Assembly: GCF_009914755.1 (NCBI RefSeq)
Contig: NC_060929.1
From: the human T2T-CHM13v2.0 reference genome, Homo sapiens
Strand: one strand, 5' to 3'
Length of the DNA: 64,000 bases
Shown: positions 26,629-42,036 of the stretch, piece by piece
Layout: each line of letters starts with the position of its first letter
How positions within the stretch are numbered: the stretch's first letter is position 1
Notes under the pieces: model-generated
Told to the model about the DNA's origin: nothing
What the model saw: only the letters and a program-made list of their open reading frames with translations
Database searches by the model: none
Made by a program: the position numbers and the translations under genes

Positions 26629-28229
26629 TCTTAGAGTATTTGTGGTTTTTAGAGTTTTCCTGGTGATTCTTAGAGAGGCTGGTTTGAGAATTGGTGACCT
26701 AGACCATGTTGAGTCTTTGATTACCATATTGAGAGTACAGTCATTTGTTTTCATTGATGTGCTGATTCTCAATTTTGAAATACCCTGATATTGACAAGTA
26801 CTATCTATCAAAGTTCTGGCTTTAACTGTTAGATAACTGTATACTGAATTAAATTAAGTTGTCAGTTATTAAACATCTGATAGGTTTCAGTAGTTTTCTG
26901 TAGCCTGGGCACAACAACCTTGCAAGCTAGGTAGTTGACAGATGGACAGACTCAGAAGCTAGTATCAACTTGTAAGTGGTAAACACTGGATATTAGGAAA
27001 GGTAATAGGTATTAATACCTAATTATTTAGTAGCAGACACTGGATATTAGGAAAGATGAGGTATTAGGAAAAACATCTATGTTTTTACTCATTAAGTATG
27101 AACAAAACATGGTTATGTTGCTATTAAGAGTCCTATTCAAATGCTGTAGGGATATCAGACATACAAGTACTAAGTGATAAGTTTGAATCCTGATGAGTTA
27201 TTGCAGAATAGTTGGGTCTAGATATTAACCTCTTTTTTATAAAACCTAATGGTTTCGGGCATAACTTATCAGACTTGATATTTTAGAAACTAATGTTATG
27301 GCAAATAACTCTTTATAGGAAGATTTTTTTCTTTGAAAATTAAAATGTGAATTTGCTTTTTGTTTATTTAATCACCAATTTGAATCTCATTATTTTAGTT
27401 TAAAATAAAACCGTCATGAGAATTGTGTACTGAGAGCATTTGCAAATAAGTATTTTAAAAGAGAAATGTTTTCTGGCAAAGCTGGGCAGGACATAGCCTC
27501 AGTACTAACTTACCTATAAATTTCTAGAGATTTGCCTAAGGTTGGGTTTAGAGAAAATATTACACTGCCTCTCCTGTATCAATTCCAATTATCAGGCAGA
27601 TTTGCTGATCAGAAACAAATTTAAGAAAGGTAATTAAGCAAAATAACAGCAATAACAACAAATAGGCATTCATAATAAACGGCTTTGTGGTATCTTGCAG
27701 GAACAGAAGATAAGAAAATCATGAAAAGCAGAAACAAAGCTCTCAGAAAATAGCAGTCTGTAATAACCCTTTAGATATAAGAACAGGACCTGAATTTCAA
27801 TCATTATAACATCTTCATCTAGCATAAATGCTAAGGAAATTAACAATGTTTTAAATCTCAATACAAAAAAAGAGTCAGTGAACTATACAATTTTGGAAAA
27901 TTTCAGTCTCAAGCCTTCCTAGAATATTAGATTTTAAGAGTCTGAGGATTAACCTTTTTGAAAACCAACACTTTAAAATTTTATTCAAAGAGTTTCATTG
28001 TACTTTGCTTATTTCAAATGTTTATTGTTTCATGAGGAAGAGAAAGTAATATAAGTTTGAGAAATAGGGAAGGTAACTTAAATATCTCAAACCCTTAACC
28101 TTTTTGCATTTCTGTGCATTTTTAAACTAAAATTTTATGTCCTACTTTCTCTATCTAGCATTAAGTAACATTAGTAAATAATCAGTTTCCAATGCTGCCT
28201 ATAGAATATTCATATAGTTATAATACTTT

Positions 28230-29930
28230 AAAGTATATGTACCATAACTTGCCATTTCATGCTCTTTGTATACTTTTTAGTCCATTTACATTTATTGTGA
28301 TTTGGTTGTAATTAGGCCTGACATTGTGTTGTTTTCTATTACCTGTTTTTTGTTTCTCGAATTATTCTTTCCTGCCATTTTTTGTGCTAAGATTTTTTAG
28401 CATTTAATTTAATTCTTCTGTTGAATTTCTAGTTATATATCTTTGCATTATTTTTTAGTGGTTACTTTGAATATCATTGAATTTCTTCAGCTGAAATATA
28501 GGAATTTTAAAACAGTACTTTCTCTTTCCTCAGTGCTCTTGTCATCTAGATGATAAACATGTTGTTCTTGTTGCTTTCAATAGTTACATGGCTTTAAAAA
28601 ACAGATAAAAGAAAAATATGTATGGTTTTTAAATATTTTCATTTATATTCATTCTTTTTTGTTTATCAGATTGCTTCCCTTCCTTGGGCACTTCTTGTAA
28701 TGGAGGTCAGTTGGCAACAAGTTCTCTTAGTTTTTTTTTATCTAAACATGTCTTTATTTTACTGGAGTTTTGAAGGATAGTTTTGCTGGATATAGAATTC
28801 TTAGTTGACAGCTTTCTTCTTTCAGCCTTTTCAGTATGCCATTTCAATGTCTTCTGGCCTTTGGTGTTTCTGGTAGGAAGTCAGCCAACTGTGTAAGATG
28901 TTATTTTTCTCATTGCTTTCCAGATTTTCTCTTTACCTTTGACTTTCAGCAGTTTGTGCTTCAAGAGTTTCTCTATTTGTGTATCCTTTGTCAGTTTGTT
29001 AAGTTTCTTGAATCTGTACGTTGATGTTTTTCACTCTTCCTTCTTCTGCCATTTCCATTCTGCTATTAAGTCCACCTAGGGAATTTTTCATTTCAAAATT
29101 TTTTTCATGAATTTCTGTAAAAATTTATTCCAGGTCTAGAATTTCTAACTTTTAAAATATAGTTTTCATTTCTCTATTAGATTCCATCTCTGTTACTCAT
29201 TGATATATTTACCTTTGCTTTTGTTTAACATATTTATTGCAGCTGTTTTTGGAGTCTTTGTCTCCTGAATTTAACATATGGGCCACATGGAGGAAATTTC
29301 TAATGACTGCTTGTTTTTTTTGTTTTTTTTGTTTTTTTTTCTTGAGTGTGTGTTACATTTTCCTGTTTATTTGGATGTCTAGCAGTTTTTTATATGGAAA
29401 CTGGCCATGCAGACACTACGGGTTTTGGGGTTGGTTTTTAAAAATATTCTTCTGAAAATTATTGTTGTTGGTTTTTTTTTGTTGTTGTTCTAAAAGGCAC
29501 TTTTTATCTAGGCTCAAACTGCAGACTTTCCACCCCCATCCACTCCTCTCCCCATACAATAGCTGATATCTCTGTTCTGTATTTTATGGTTTCCAGCTAC
29601 TTATTTTTAGGTTGGCCCCTGGGGAGTCTCCCCTGCATTTGTGTAATTTGGTGGCCAGCAGAGATTCGGGGGCTTACCCTTGCCATCATTATACTTTTTC
29701 TGAAGATTTTCACTTAATTTCCAATTCCTCTGTTGACTTTGGGCTCTATTTCCTGATATTTCAAGTTAGTAGGGCTTTACTCTCAGCCATTTAAGCTATC
29801 CACAGTTGAGAAAGGCTCTCAGTTAAAAAGCAGCAAAGTCAGGGATCTGACAAAAGTGCAGCTACATCTATCATGAGTATTTTCTTTCCTGTCTTTGCTT
29901 CTTTTTCATTTACTCTGGTTTCTTTTCCAT
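28230..29930 (-). mobile_element. Ancient L1M internal fragments
   Basis: ttagtccatttacatttattgtga, ttgaaggatagttttgctggatatagaattcttagttgacag, ctgctattaagtccacctag. Confidence 0.7.
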
Positions 29931-29937
29931 GCACATA

Positions 29938-31075
29938 CAGTCGTATGTTGCTTGACAACTGGGATACTTTAGAGAAACACATTATTAGGTGATTTTGTCA
30001 TTTTGCATAATGATACAAACCTAGAGAGCATATTCCACTACACACCTAGGCTATATGGTGTAGCCTGTTGCTTCTAGGCTACAAATCTGTACAGCATGTT
30101 ACTGTACATGGTTGGAACATAATGGTAAGTATTTACATATTCACACATAGAAACCTAAACAGTAAAAATACAATATAAAAGATAAAATGGTACACATGTG
30201 TAGGATACTTACTATTGAATGGAGCTTGCAGGACTAGAAGTTACTCTGAGTGAATGTAAAGGCCTAACACATTACTGTACACTACTATAGACTTACAAAC
30301 ACTGTAAACTTAGGCTACATTAAATTTATTTAAAAAATATTTTTCAATAATAAATTAACCTCAGCTTGTTTTAACTTTTTACTTTATAAACTTTTAGATT
30401 GTTTAAAACTTTTTGACACTTTTGTAATAACATTTGACTTAAAACACAGACATATTGTACAAGTGTACAAGAGTATTTTCTTTGTATCCTTGTTCTACAA
30501 ACCTTTTTCTATTTTTAAAAATTTTAGGTTTGTTTCTTTTAAACATCTGTTTTTTTGTTAAAAAGGAAGACACAAGCACACACATTAGCCTAAGCCTATA
30601 AAGGTTCAAGATCATATCACTTTCACCCCCACACCTTGTCCCACTAGAAGGTCTTCAAGCACTATAACACGTGGAGCTGTCATTTCCTATAATAACAGTA
30701 TACATTCCTTCTTCTGGAATACCTTCTGAAGTATCTGCCTGAGGCTGTTTTACAGTTATTATTTTTTTTAAGTAAGTAGAAGTAAGCTGTAAAACAATAA
30801 TAAAAATTGTAAGTACATAAACCGGTAACATATTTATTATTGTTATCAAGTGTTATATACTGTGAATAATTATATCCGCTATACTTTTATATTACTGTCA
30901 GCTTAGTAGGTTTGTTTATTCCAGCATCACCACAAACTCATGAGAAATGCATCGCACTGTGCTCTTAGAATGGCTACCACGTCAGTAGGAGAGGAATGTT
31001 TTAGCTCCATTATAATCTTATGGGACTATTGTATATGCAGTTCATTGTTGACAGAAACATCATTATGTAGCACTC
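29938..31075. mobile_element. Tigger3b-like TcMar DNA transposon
   Basis: cactacacacctaggctatatggtgtagcctgttgcttctaggctacaaa...cagcatgttactgtac and gctccattataatcttatgggac. About 1.15 kb. Confidence 0.88.
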
Positions 31076-31185
31076 GAGGGATTTAACTCTTGGCATTTCT
31101 ACTTAATAGTTTGTGGGACATCTAGGAAAAGGACTTCACCTCTGACCCTCAGTTTCCTTATATGAAAAATGGGAAAGGTGACAGA

Positions 31186-31394
31186 GCTAGAGTATCCCTA
31201 ATCTGAAATGCTCCAAAATCTAAAACTTTTTGAGTGCTGACATGGTGCTTAAAGGAACTGCACATTGGAGCATTTTGGATTAGGGATGCTGAACTCCAGT
31301 AGATATAATGCAAATATTCCAAAATCTGAAAATATCTGAAATATGAAACACTTCTGGTCCCATGCATTTTGGACAAGGGATACTTAACCAGTAT
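31186..31394. mobile_element. Tigger4/MER46 (Zombi)-like MITE
   Basis: gagtatccctaatctgaaatgctccaaaatc...acacttctggtcccatgcattttggacaagggatacttaacc. Confidence 0.82.
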
Positions 31395-33039
31395 TCACAG
31401 TGAGAAGTATCAAATTCCTGTGAGAAATACATGAAAAATCAAGTGTATCTTATGTATCCAGGTGTATACTAAAATGTAGTTTTTAATTACATGGTTCTTG
31501 ATACATACTGCTTTTCCAGTGTTTTACCCATTTATGATGCTACTAGACATATACTTCTCTATCTTCTTACCAACTTTTGGTTCATCTTTAAAATAATTTG
31601 AAATAGAAATTGTACAGTTACTAATTGATACTGGAAGGTGTAAGTTTTCTGGTACTCGAATTAAAATATTTTCAAGCTTTTAGTTTATTGACATTAGCAA
31701 GTTGTGTGGGATTTGAAGCAATGCTATTTCTAATGCATTCTGTTGTAACTCAGTCTTGAATGGTTAGTAAAGAACATGATGGGCTAGGTAGAGGACTGAA
31801 TTCTTTGTAATCAGCAGTTCTGACTTGGTTCATTGTAAAGTCACATGGTCACACCATCCACTTTTATCTGTGGCACTTGAGTTTTGAGCTTTGCATTAAT
31901 ACCACTGGATATTAATAGAGCATTGTTAACCAGAGCAGATTGGATTCCTGTAAAACAATACTTTGTTTTGAAAGAGTAGTCTGTATGGGGAGCATTACAC
32001 TGAATACACCAATCACCGACAGCACGGATAGGAAATGTTGGTAGCTTTAGGATGATATAATTGGCCAGTACTTGATTAAAAAAAATTGTTAGAACAATTG
32101 TTAGAATAAAACCGGCCACTTTGGGGTCAAAATTTGCATATGTATGCACATATTTTTAGTTGCTAAATCACCTATGATTCATGATAGTAATTTAACGCTT
32201 TGACTTACCTTAGTATTAAGCAGATGCTGTTAAACCATATAAGAAATTTTGATCTTTAACGTATCTTTAAAAACATTTTAATTCAGAAGTTTGTAGGGTG
32301 TAAATAAATGGCATTTTTAGGTGGACTTTAACATTTTTGAAATATAATTTTGGGTTTATTTAAATCAACAATAAGCTACTTGTCAAGAAAGTAATACACT
32401 TTTGTATGTTAACAGTGCCCTAAAATAAAGATCCCCACTCTGCTGGCTGTCATTAACCATTATTTAATTTGCTGAAATAATGCTATGTCCAGAAGTTTTG
32501 TTTCTGTTCTCAGACTAGGCAATCTCATATTAACCCTAGGCGTTCCTTTTGTAAAGTGTGTATCAGTGCCACTAAGGCAAATAGGAAAGAGTTTATCATT
32601 TATTAAATTTTTAGTGTCAGAGAAGTTGTGAAACATTTCTAGTACTGTGAACATTGGTCATTAAAGCCACATTCTTGTGCTATACTGTGTTGGCTTGGCA
32701 GATGGTGTGGGTGATAAATCCTTTAACACCACCATGTGGAATGGTGATTTCATATTTGTATGCAAAAGTCCTTTTTTTTAAAGTCTTTTAGAGGTAATCT
32801 TAAACTCTGCCAATATCAAATTATAAGAAGCTATGTAGTAGAGTCTAGATTAGTAATGTTTTACAGTATTTATTTTTATGTATTTTTTTCAACATCCAGT
32901 TTTCAGCTCACAGTATGGGCAGTTGCAATAGTAGATCACTTATTTGTTTATAGTAACAGCTAAAATTTATTGAGCTCTTACTTTATTAATGTCAGGCAGT
33001 GTACTAAACATTTAACACATTTTCTCATTTAATGTTATT

Positions 33040-34065
<1,026 letters not shown>

Positions 34066-34119
34066 TTCTGTACAATTATTGTATTTTCTCACTTCGTCTT
34101 CTCAGACAGTATGGAGTGG

Positions 34120-34620
34120 ATAATATCCCCATTTCGCATATGTCGGAACTGAGGACCAGAGGGATTAAATAACTTGCCAAAGCACACATTACTAGTGAGT
34201 AGCAGAGCTGGGATTTGAGCCTATCTCTGACTTGAGAACAGACACTCATTTTGCTCTACTATTTCAGGACATTATTTGGAAAACAGATTCCTCATGAAAG
34301 CTCAATATTCATTTACCATATCTTTGATAAAAATGACAGGAAAGGTCTGTGCTGTTGTGGACCTTCCATTTTAATACTTACTGAGGGAGTGCATAGATTA
34401 CAAAACACCAAGTAAATAAAAAAGATAATTACAGAGTATGATATGTGTCATGAAAGAAATAAACGGGACTAAGAAGAAACAATATGTTAGGTGTTTTGGG
34501 AAGAAGAAGGCTGCATTTAAACTAAGACCTAAAGGATGAGAAAGAGCCAGCCATCTTCAAAGTGCATTTAACAGGCAGAGGGAAAGGCAAGCCAAAAGTC
34601 CCTCAGGAGAAAATACTTTA
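34120..34620. mobile_element. MIR fragment (34120-34260) and L2 fragment (34340-34620)
   Basis: ggaactgaggaccagagggattaaataacttgcc...gcagagctgggatttgagcc, then ctaagacctaaaggatgag...aggcagaggga. Confidence 0.65.
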
Positions 34621-35186
34621 AAACCAGTATTTCAGCAAAAGAACATTATATCAAATTAAACATTTTAGTTAGAACCCTCAATTATCTAATTTAAAGGATA
34701 AGAGTTTGGGGTATTATAAAATTCAAGGAAAATTAAATAGGAAAGTGGTCTATGGAAAAAAATAGAAATGTCACTTCTATAACAGTCAGACTAATATTTG
34801 CCTTTTCTTTAATCATGTCAAAATTTACTATGTGTGGTAACAACATATTTATGACAGATCGAAAGAATTCCTTGGGATAACATTATTTTTCAAGGCTTCC
34901 TGAAAAAGGCATGGATGTACGGAAACCCAGGGGTCTAGAGGTTGCAGTGGGAAAGTATCTAAGGGAAGAGAAAACCTAGTTTGACCTGGAACATTGATTA
35001 AAAGGAGATGCTATCTTGAGCAGCTAATGAGGATTTTTTAATTGGAAAAAATCCTAGATAATGTAGAAACGGAATGATTGGCCTATTTTACCAGCCCTCT
35101 CTACCAGAATAGCCTCCAAGTAAACTTCCAAAGTTAAATAACACAAAACTCTATCTAGTACACAATTTCATACTTAAAACATTTGA

Positions 35187-35548
<362 letters not shown>

Positions 35549-38133
35549 TCAGATGGATTTTCTGGACACTATAGCAATTCTTCTTTAAAGGTAGTCTGGT
35601 ACAGCTATTTGTAACAATCCTGTATAGCAGTTTCATAGATGCTGTATACCCTGGGAGGTATTTCTACAAAGTATAGAATTTTAAAAATCTCCTCTGGAGC
35701 TATACAGTGCAGAACTTCTGCTGTCGTTTTTATGAGGACCATGTTAGAAGCCCTTAGCTTCTGTAGATTTGGGAACAAAGGAATGAGGGAAATAGATACC
35801 TAAAAATAGATAATCTAAAATAATTTACCTTGACTCATTATAACATGTGGAATTCTGTCATTTGGAAAATGGTTAAGTGTTTTCACTGAAACCATCAGGA
35901 ATTTAAAACTAGATCCAAAAAGAAAAATTTCCCTCTCCATTTTGACAGAAGTCACTGTTTATAGTATATTGACAAGTTCTTTTTATCTTTTGGTGAGGAT
36001 TAGAATAGTAAATGTAATGAAACATCCTAAGTGGTAAGATCAATATTTTATACCCAGGGCTGAAACTCACAAAAGAGGACTGAACCTAAGCCGTCACTTA
36101 CGACTTAACACATATACACGATGTTTAGAGCTATGAGTCTGGTACGATAACCATGGAAAATACGGGATGAGCAAGGGAGGGGGGTATAGGACCAAGTGCT
36201 AAAGGAACTCCTACCACTTAATTGCTGGGTAGAAGAGTGTGTTGTTTCAAGAAAGGGAGTGGCTGACAGTGTCAGATGGTACTGTAGGAGTTCAGTGAGA
36301 CAGGAACTGAAAAATGTACATTAGATTTAGCAGCCAAGAAGTCATTGGATGTCTTAATAAAACGATTTTGGTGTTGTGGTGAGGGGAAGCCAGGTTGGCT
36401 TGCGTTTAAGAATGTGCTGCACTATTAGAAACTTTGGCAAGAGTCAGAGTGCAGTAAAAAGTTAACTCTGGTTAAAGGAGAGGGAATGATCAAGTTGAGG
36501 TGGAAATTTGAATATACTAGGGAAAGAAGAGATCATCCATAGTGTAAAAATTATCCTTTTCTCTACATCCTGCAAGGAAGTAATGATGATGGAGACCAGA
36601 GTTTCCATCTTTTTTGTCTATTTTCTACATACTCAGAAAAGTGTTCTGCTCCCTATGGTTTCTGTTTTTCTTTTCATCTGTTTGCATAGCTTCTTTACCT
36701 ACTAGCTTTTTATCCCTGGCCCCTCTCCTAAGTTCCAGTCACACATTTTTTAACTGCTGGATAGGACTCTAATTGTCCCATAGCTCCTCAGATTCAACAT
36801 GTTCAACTGAATCTTTTCCTTTTTGATTACTGAGGGCCTAAATATCTGGATCTTCCATTCTTTCCTTTATCTCTTCCTTTCTTCCCCCTTTTTTTCTCTG
36901 TCCTACCAGTCCCTGCTGGGGCTGGGAAACTTCAAATCATAATGCTACTTTTTGAAAGATTATTTTCTGGAATAATACTAAATTTGGTCAGCTTCATTTA
37001 ATAAACCATTACCCATAAAATATTTATGTTGCCAATTTCTACTTTTTATCCATTAGTGTGGAATATACAGTAAAAACCAAAAATCTATCATTTCTGTGAA
37101 AATGGCAGGTAGAGTGAAGATTTTTATTTATGTACTTTTGTATCAGCATAATTTATAGTTCATAATTGCACACTTGAACCTCCTTGATTATACAGTTTTT
37201 ATACTTTTTTGTGTGTGTGGACCAAATACCATACTTGCTAATTCTCTTATTTCTCTGAAACAAATTTAAAGAAACAAAAGATGTGTCTTCCACTTTGGTT
37301 TCCTGGTATTTCAGGAAATTAATACAATTATGAACCCAATTTTATTATATTTAAGTCTACTAATTGAACTACAAATAAAAAGTTATTTGCTTTTGACTTT
37401 TGAATTTTATTGTAGAGATAACTAAAACAGTTTTAAAAATAGATCTGCCAGAAGATGATAGAGAAGATACATTTTTTATTTTGTGTGGACATACCTTTAT
37501 TTTAAAATAAAATACTGGAAAATTTTACTTTGTTCTTACAACATAGTTGTATGTAGTATGGTGGAGAGCTAGTTGCAAAATTATTGCTAGTTCTTCTATT
37601 TTGAGGTGGAATTCTGATAAACACCCACAGCAAAAATTTTTGGATGCCTGCATACTTTTGCATTGTTAAAAAGACACCCACATGAAATCTTAGCCTTAGA
37701 AAAAGTAGCCTACTAAGTACATACATCTTTCGTTTTCTTTTAACACAGATGGGAAGAGAGATGCCTTTTTGTGTATATTATAGACATTATATTTTCTTGT
37801 AATACTTGGAGGTTATATATTTTAAAGTCTGCTTCCATTAAAAAAACTGAAGAGCACTATGTATTCTATGGTGAAAGATAAGGGAACTCCTCCTTAAAGT
37901 TTGTTGAATTAACTGGCAGATTTTCTTGTTCTGGCTTTATTTGAATAATTGAACAGTTGAATCATCAATCCCTATTCAGAGTCATTTCTTATTATTTGGG
38001 ATTGTCCCTGACTCTACTGTCTGAAACACATTAAACAGTGGTGGAAGTACAGCTGAAGTGGGTTGTTATTGTGATTGAGCTACACAGTCCCCTAGTCATA
38101 TTTTTTTTTCTTTTACCGTTTATGCACACTTCT

Positions 38134-38904
38134 TATTTTTGAATTATACTTTAAGTTCTAGCATACATGTGCAGAACGTGCAGTTTTGCTACATAGGTAT
38201 ACACGTAACATGGTGGTTTGCTGCACCCATCAACCTGTCACCTACATTAGGCATTTCTCCTACTGCTGTCCCTCCCCTACCCCTCCCTGCCGCAACAGAC
38301 CCCAGTGTGTGATGTTCCCCTCACTGTGTCCATGTGTTCTCATTGTTCAGCTCCCACTTATGAGTGAGAACATGCAGTGTTTGGTTTTCTGTTCTTGTGA
38401 TTGTTTGCTGAGAATGATGGTTTCCAGCTTCATCCATGTCCCTGCAAAGGACATGAACTCATCCTTTTTTATGGCTGCATAGTATTCTATGTGTATATGT
38501 GCAACATTTTCTTTATTCAGTCTATCATTGTGGGAGTTTGGGTTGGATCCAAGACTTTGCTGTTGTGAATACTGCTGCAATAAACACACGTGTGCATGTG
38601 TCTTTATAGTAGAATGATTTATAATCCTTTTGAGTGTGTCCCCAGTAATGGGATTGCTGGGTCAAATGGTCCTTCTGGTTCTAGATCCTGGAGGAATTGC
38701 CACACTGTCTTTCACAATGGTTGAACTAATTTACACTTTCACCAACAATGTAATTTCTCCACATCCTCTCCAGCATCTGTTGTTTCCTGACTTTTTAATG
38801 ATTGCCATTCTAACTGGCATGAGATGGTATCTTAATTGTGGTTTTGATTTGCATTTCTCTAATGACCAGTGATGATGAGCATTTTTTCATATGTTTGTTG
38901 GCTG
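38134..38904 (-). mobile_element. 5'-truncated L1PA (L1PA7/8-like)
   Basis: Antisense L1PA 3' UTR and ORF2 end (KKDEFMSFAGTWMKLETIILSK). 16-bp TSD GTTTATGCA(C/T)ACTTCT at 38118 and 38905. Confidence 0.93.
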
Positions 38905-39111
38905 GTTTATGCATACTTCTAACAAGTTTAACCGTTAATGGTTTCTGTGTTCATACCAGCAAGCAGAAGAAGAATAATAGGCATCTTCATTTTAAGCAGG
39001 AAGAGGGCTAACAATAGGCAGGCATATTTGCTGAAATGGGAAGTGACAGTTTGCAGTCTCATACAAAGGAAGAGATGAGAAAAATGACCAGAAGTAGTCA
39101 CTTCAAGAATT

Positions 39112-39660
39112 ATATTATGGTCCAGCAATTCCACTCATAGGTGTATCCTCAAGATAAATGAAAACATATTTTCACCCAAAAACTTTAGACAGCTGTTCAT
39201 GGCAGCATTATTCATAATAGCCAAAAAGTAGAACCAGCCCAAATGTCCAACTGATGAATTAAAAAAAAGTGGCATATCCATACTATGGAATATTATCTGG
39301 CAATAAAAAGGAGTGAAGTACTGATACATGTTATAACATGAATGAACCCTGAAAACATGCTAAGTGAAAGAAGCCACACATAAAGCCCACATCTTGTGTG
39401 AGTCCATTTATATGAAATGTCAGAATAGGCAAATTCATAGAGACAGAAAATGGTTGGTGATTGGCAGGGGCTGAAGGAAGGGGGAATTGAGGTATTTCTT
39501 TTCGGGGTGATAAAAATATTCCACAGTTGATTGTAGTGATGCTGGGAATAAGAGTACAACTTTGTAGATATACGAAAAATCATTAACTTGTACACTTTAA
39601 ACTAGTGAGTTTTGTGATTTGTGAGTTATATCTCAATATAGCTTAATAAAGTTTAAAAAC
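39112..39660 (+). mobile_element. L1M (L1MB/ME-type) 3' end
   Basis: ccagcaattccactc, cattattcataatagccaaaaag, aaacatgctaagtgaaagaagcca, ttatatctcaata. Confidence 0.85.
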
Positions 39661-40035
39661 AATTGCAAATTTGGGGTAATTTTAAATTTTTATGGGGTTG
39701 GTTAGTTCCATTTTCCATAAGCCTGGGGGCATCCTTTTTATAGTACAGTAAAATAATCATTGGTTGATAATAGTTATGAAACTGTGTGCTGTAAGGAAAA
39801 TACTTAATGTGTTTTAGGATCTCTTTTGAAAAATGTATGAACTACTATCCTAAATGTTTAACATTAAACTTCATATGTGAATTCCTGGTTATCTTAAAAT
39901 GACTCATTTTCCATGTATTTCACATAGCTGAGGTTATAGCTATGTCTATTAATGAAAACATGAGGATTAATTAAAAATTTAATTATTTTTCTCACCATTA
40001 CAAAGCCTAGTTAAAATAATTTTCAAAAAATATAC

Positions 40036-42036
40036 TTAATTAAGTTCATCATTGTCCTGAGAAAGAGGAGCAGCGCAGTTCTTGGCCGGGTCAGCAGAAT
40101 CCCTGGTGACCCTCACCTAGGCGTGCCAGGGCACAGGTTGTGATTGTCCTGGGGCGGCGGAAACCCACGTGCCTGCCCTGCATGCCTGCCCTGCATGCCA
40201 GGCAGCACGCTTTGGAGTCGCTGTGATTGGCCGGTGTGCCCCTGCCGAAGCCTCGGCTGCTTCTGTCCACGTCTTACACTTCTTCATTTATCCATGGATC
40301 ATTTCGAGAGTCCGTCTTGTAAATGTTTAGCATTTTGCTGCTTTATTGCTTCTTTCTGGGGACAGTTCCAGCACTTGCTGGGTGGAGAAAGGCAGCTGAG
40401 TCCGGAGAAGAGCAAAATATGGGGACCCAGGTTAAAAGCAGACATCGTCCTTCCTACCCAGTATTTCTATATTCAGACAGTGGATACATCAGGGAATAGC
40501 TTCACATCTTCTCCAGGCGAAAAAGTCTTCCAGGTGAAAGTCCCAGCACCAGAGGAGCAATTCACTAGAGTTGGAGTCCAGGTTTTAGACTAAAAGGATG
40601 GGTCCTTCATGGTAAGATACAGAATGTGTGCAGGCTACAAAAATCTGAAGATGGGAGTTAAATTCCAAGGTCAAGATGTGGCCAAATCCCCATGTATTTT
40701 AAAAGAGCCAGTGTGCCATGAGAATTGTGACTGGCCTTTGCAAGATAGTGCAGCCTGGCTACGGGGGATGAACTGCCCAACTGGAAACCATTGCTCAGAT
40801 TCAGAGAGATCTGGCACATTTCCCTACTGTGGATCCAGAAAAGATTGCAGTAGAAATCCCAAAAAGACTTGGACAGAGGCAGAGCCTGTGTCACTACACC
40901 TTAAAAGATAACAAAGTTTATATCAAGTCTCATGGTGAACATGTAGGTTTTAGAATTTTCATGGATGTCATACTACTTTCTTTGACTAGAAAGGTGAAGA
41001 TGCCAGATGTAGAGTTCTTTGTTAATTTGGCAGACTGGCCTTTGCTTTGGAAAAAAAGAAATCCAATTCAAACATCCATCCGACCTTTTCCTGGTGTGGC
41101 TCCACAGATTCCAAGGATATCGTGATGCCTACCTACGACTTGACTGACTGTTTTAGAAACCATGGGCTGGGTAAGTCTGGATATGATGTCTGTGCAAGCT
41201 AACACGGGTCCTCCCTGGGAAAGCAAAAACTCCACAGCTGTCTTGAGAGGGCAAGACAGCCGCAAAGGAGACTTGAGCTGGTTAAACTCAGTAGAAACAC
41301 CCTGAACTCATAGACGCTGCTTTCACCAACTTTTTCTTCTTTAAACATGATGAAAACCTGTATGGTCCCATTGTGAAACACATTTCATTTTTTGATTTCT
41401 TCAAGCATAAGTATCAAATAAATATTGATGGCATCGTAGCAGCTTATCACCTGCCATATTTACTAGTTAGTGACAGTGTTGTGCTGAAGCCAAGACTCCG
41501 TCTACTATGAACATTTTTACAATGAGCTCTGCAGCCCTGGAAACACTACATTCCAGTGAAGAGCAACCTGAGCGATCTGCTAGAAAAACTTAAATGGACA
41601 AAAGATCACAATGAAGAGGCCAAAAAGATAGCAAAAGCAGGACAAGAATTTGCAAGAAATAATCTCATGGATGATGACATATTCTGTTATTATTTCAAAC
41701 TTTTCCAGGAATATGCCAATTTACAAGTGAGTGGGCCGCAAATCTGAGAGGGCATGAAAAGGGTAGAACCACAGACTGAGAATGACCTCTTCCCTTGCAC
41801 TTGCCATAGGAAAAAGACCAAAGATGAACTCTGATATGCAAAATAACTTCTATTAAAATAATGGTGCTCTGAAGACTCTTAACTAAAAAGAATTTTTTTA
41901 AGTATTAATTCCATGGACAATATAAAATCTGTGTGATTGTTTGCAGTATGAAGATAACGTTTCTACTTATGCAGTATTCTCATGACTGTACTTTACATTT
42001 TTAGAATTTTATAATAAAACTACCTTTATTAAAAAA
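40036..42036 (+). pseudogene. POGLUT2P1: Processed pseudogene of POGLUT2/KDELC1 (protein O-glucosyltransferase 2)
   Basis: Intronless, from ATG at 40323 to KKTKDEL-TGA (stop ends 41834). Recognisable peptides: [70 protein letters not shown]. Premature stops (40591, 41745) and frameshifts. Retains 5' UTR and 3' UTR with AATAAA at 42013 and a short A tract. Probable TSD AAAAAATATA at 40025 and 42031. Confidence 0.95.

Noticed and set aside
40144-41747. Several ORFs with glycosyltransferase-like peptides suggesting a nested gene
   Set aside because: They are fragments of one disabled POGLUT2 retrocopy, separated by stops and frameshifts.
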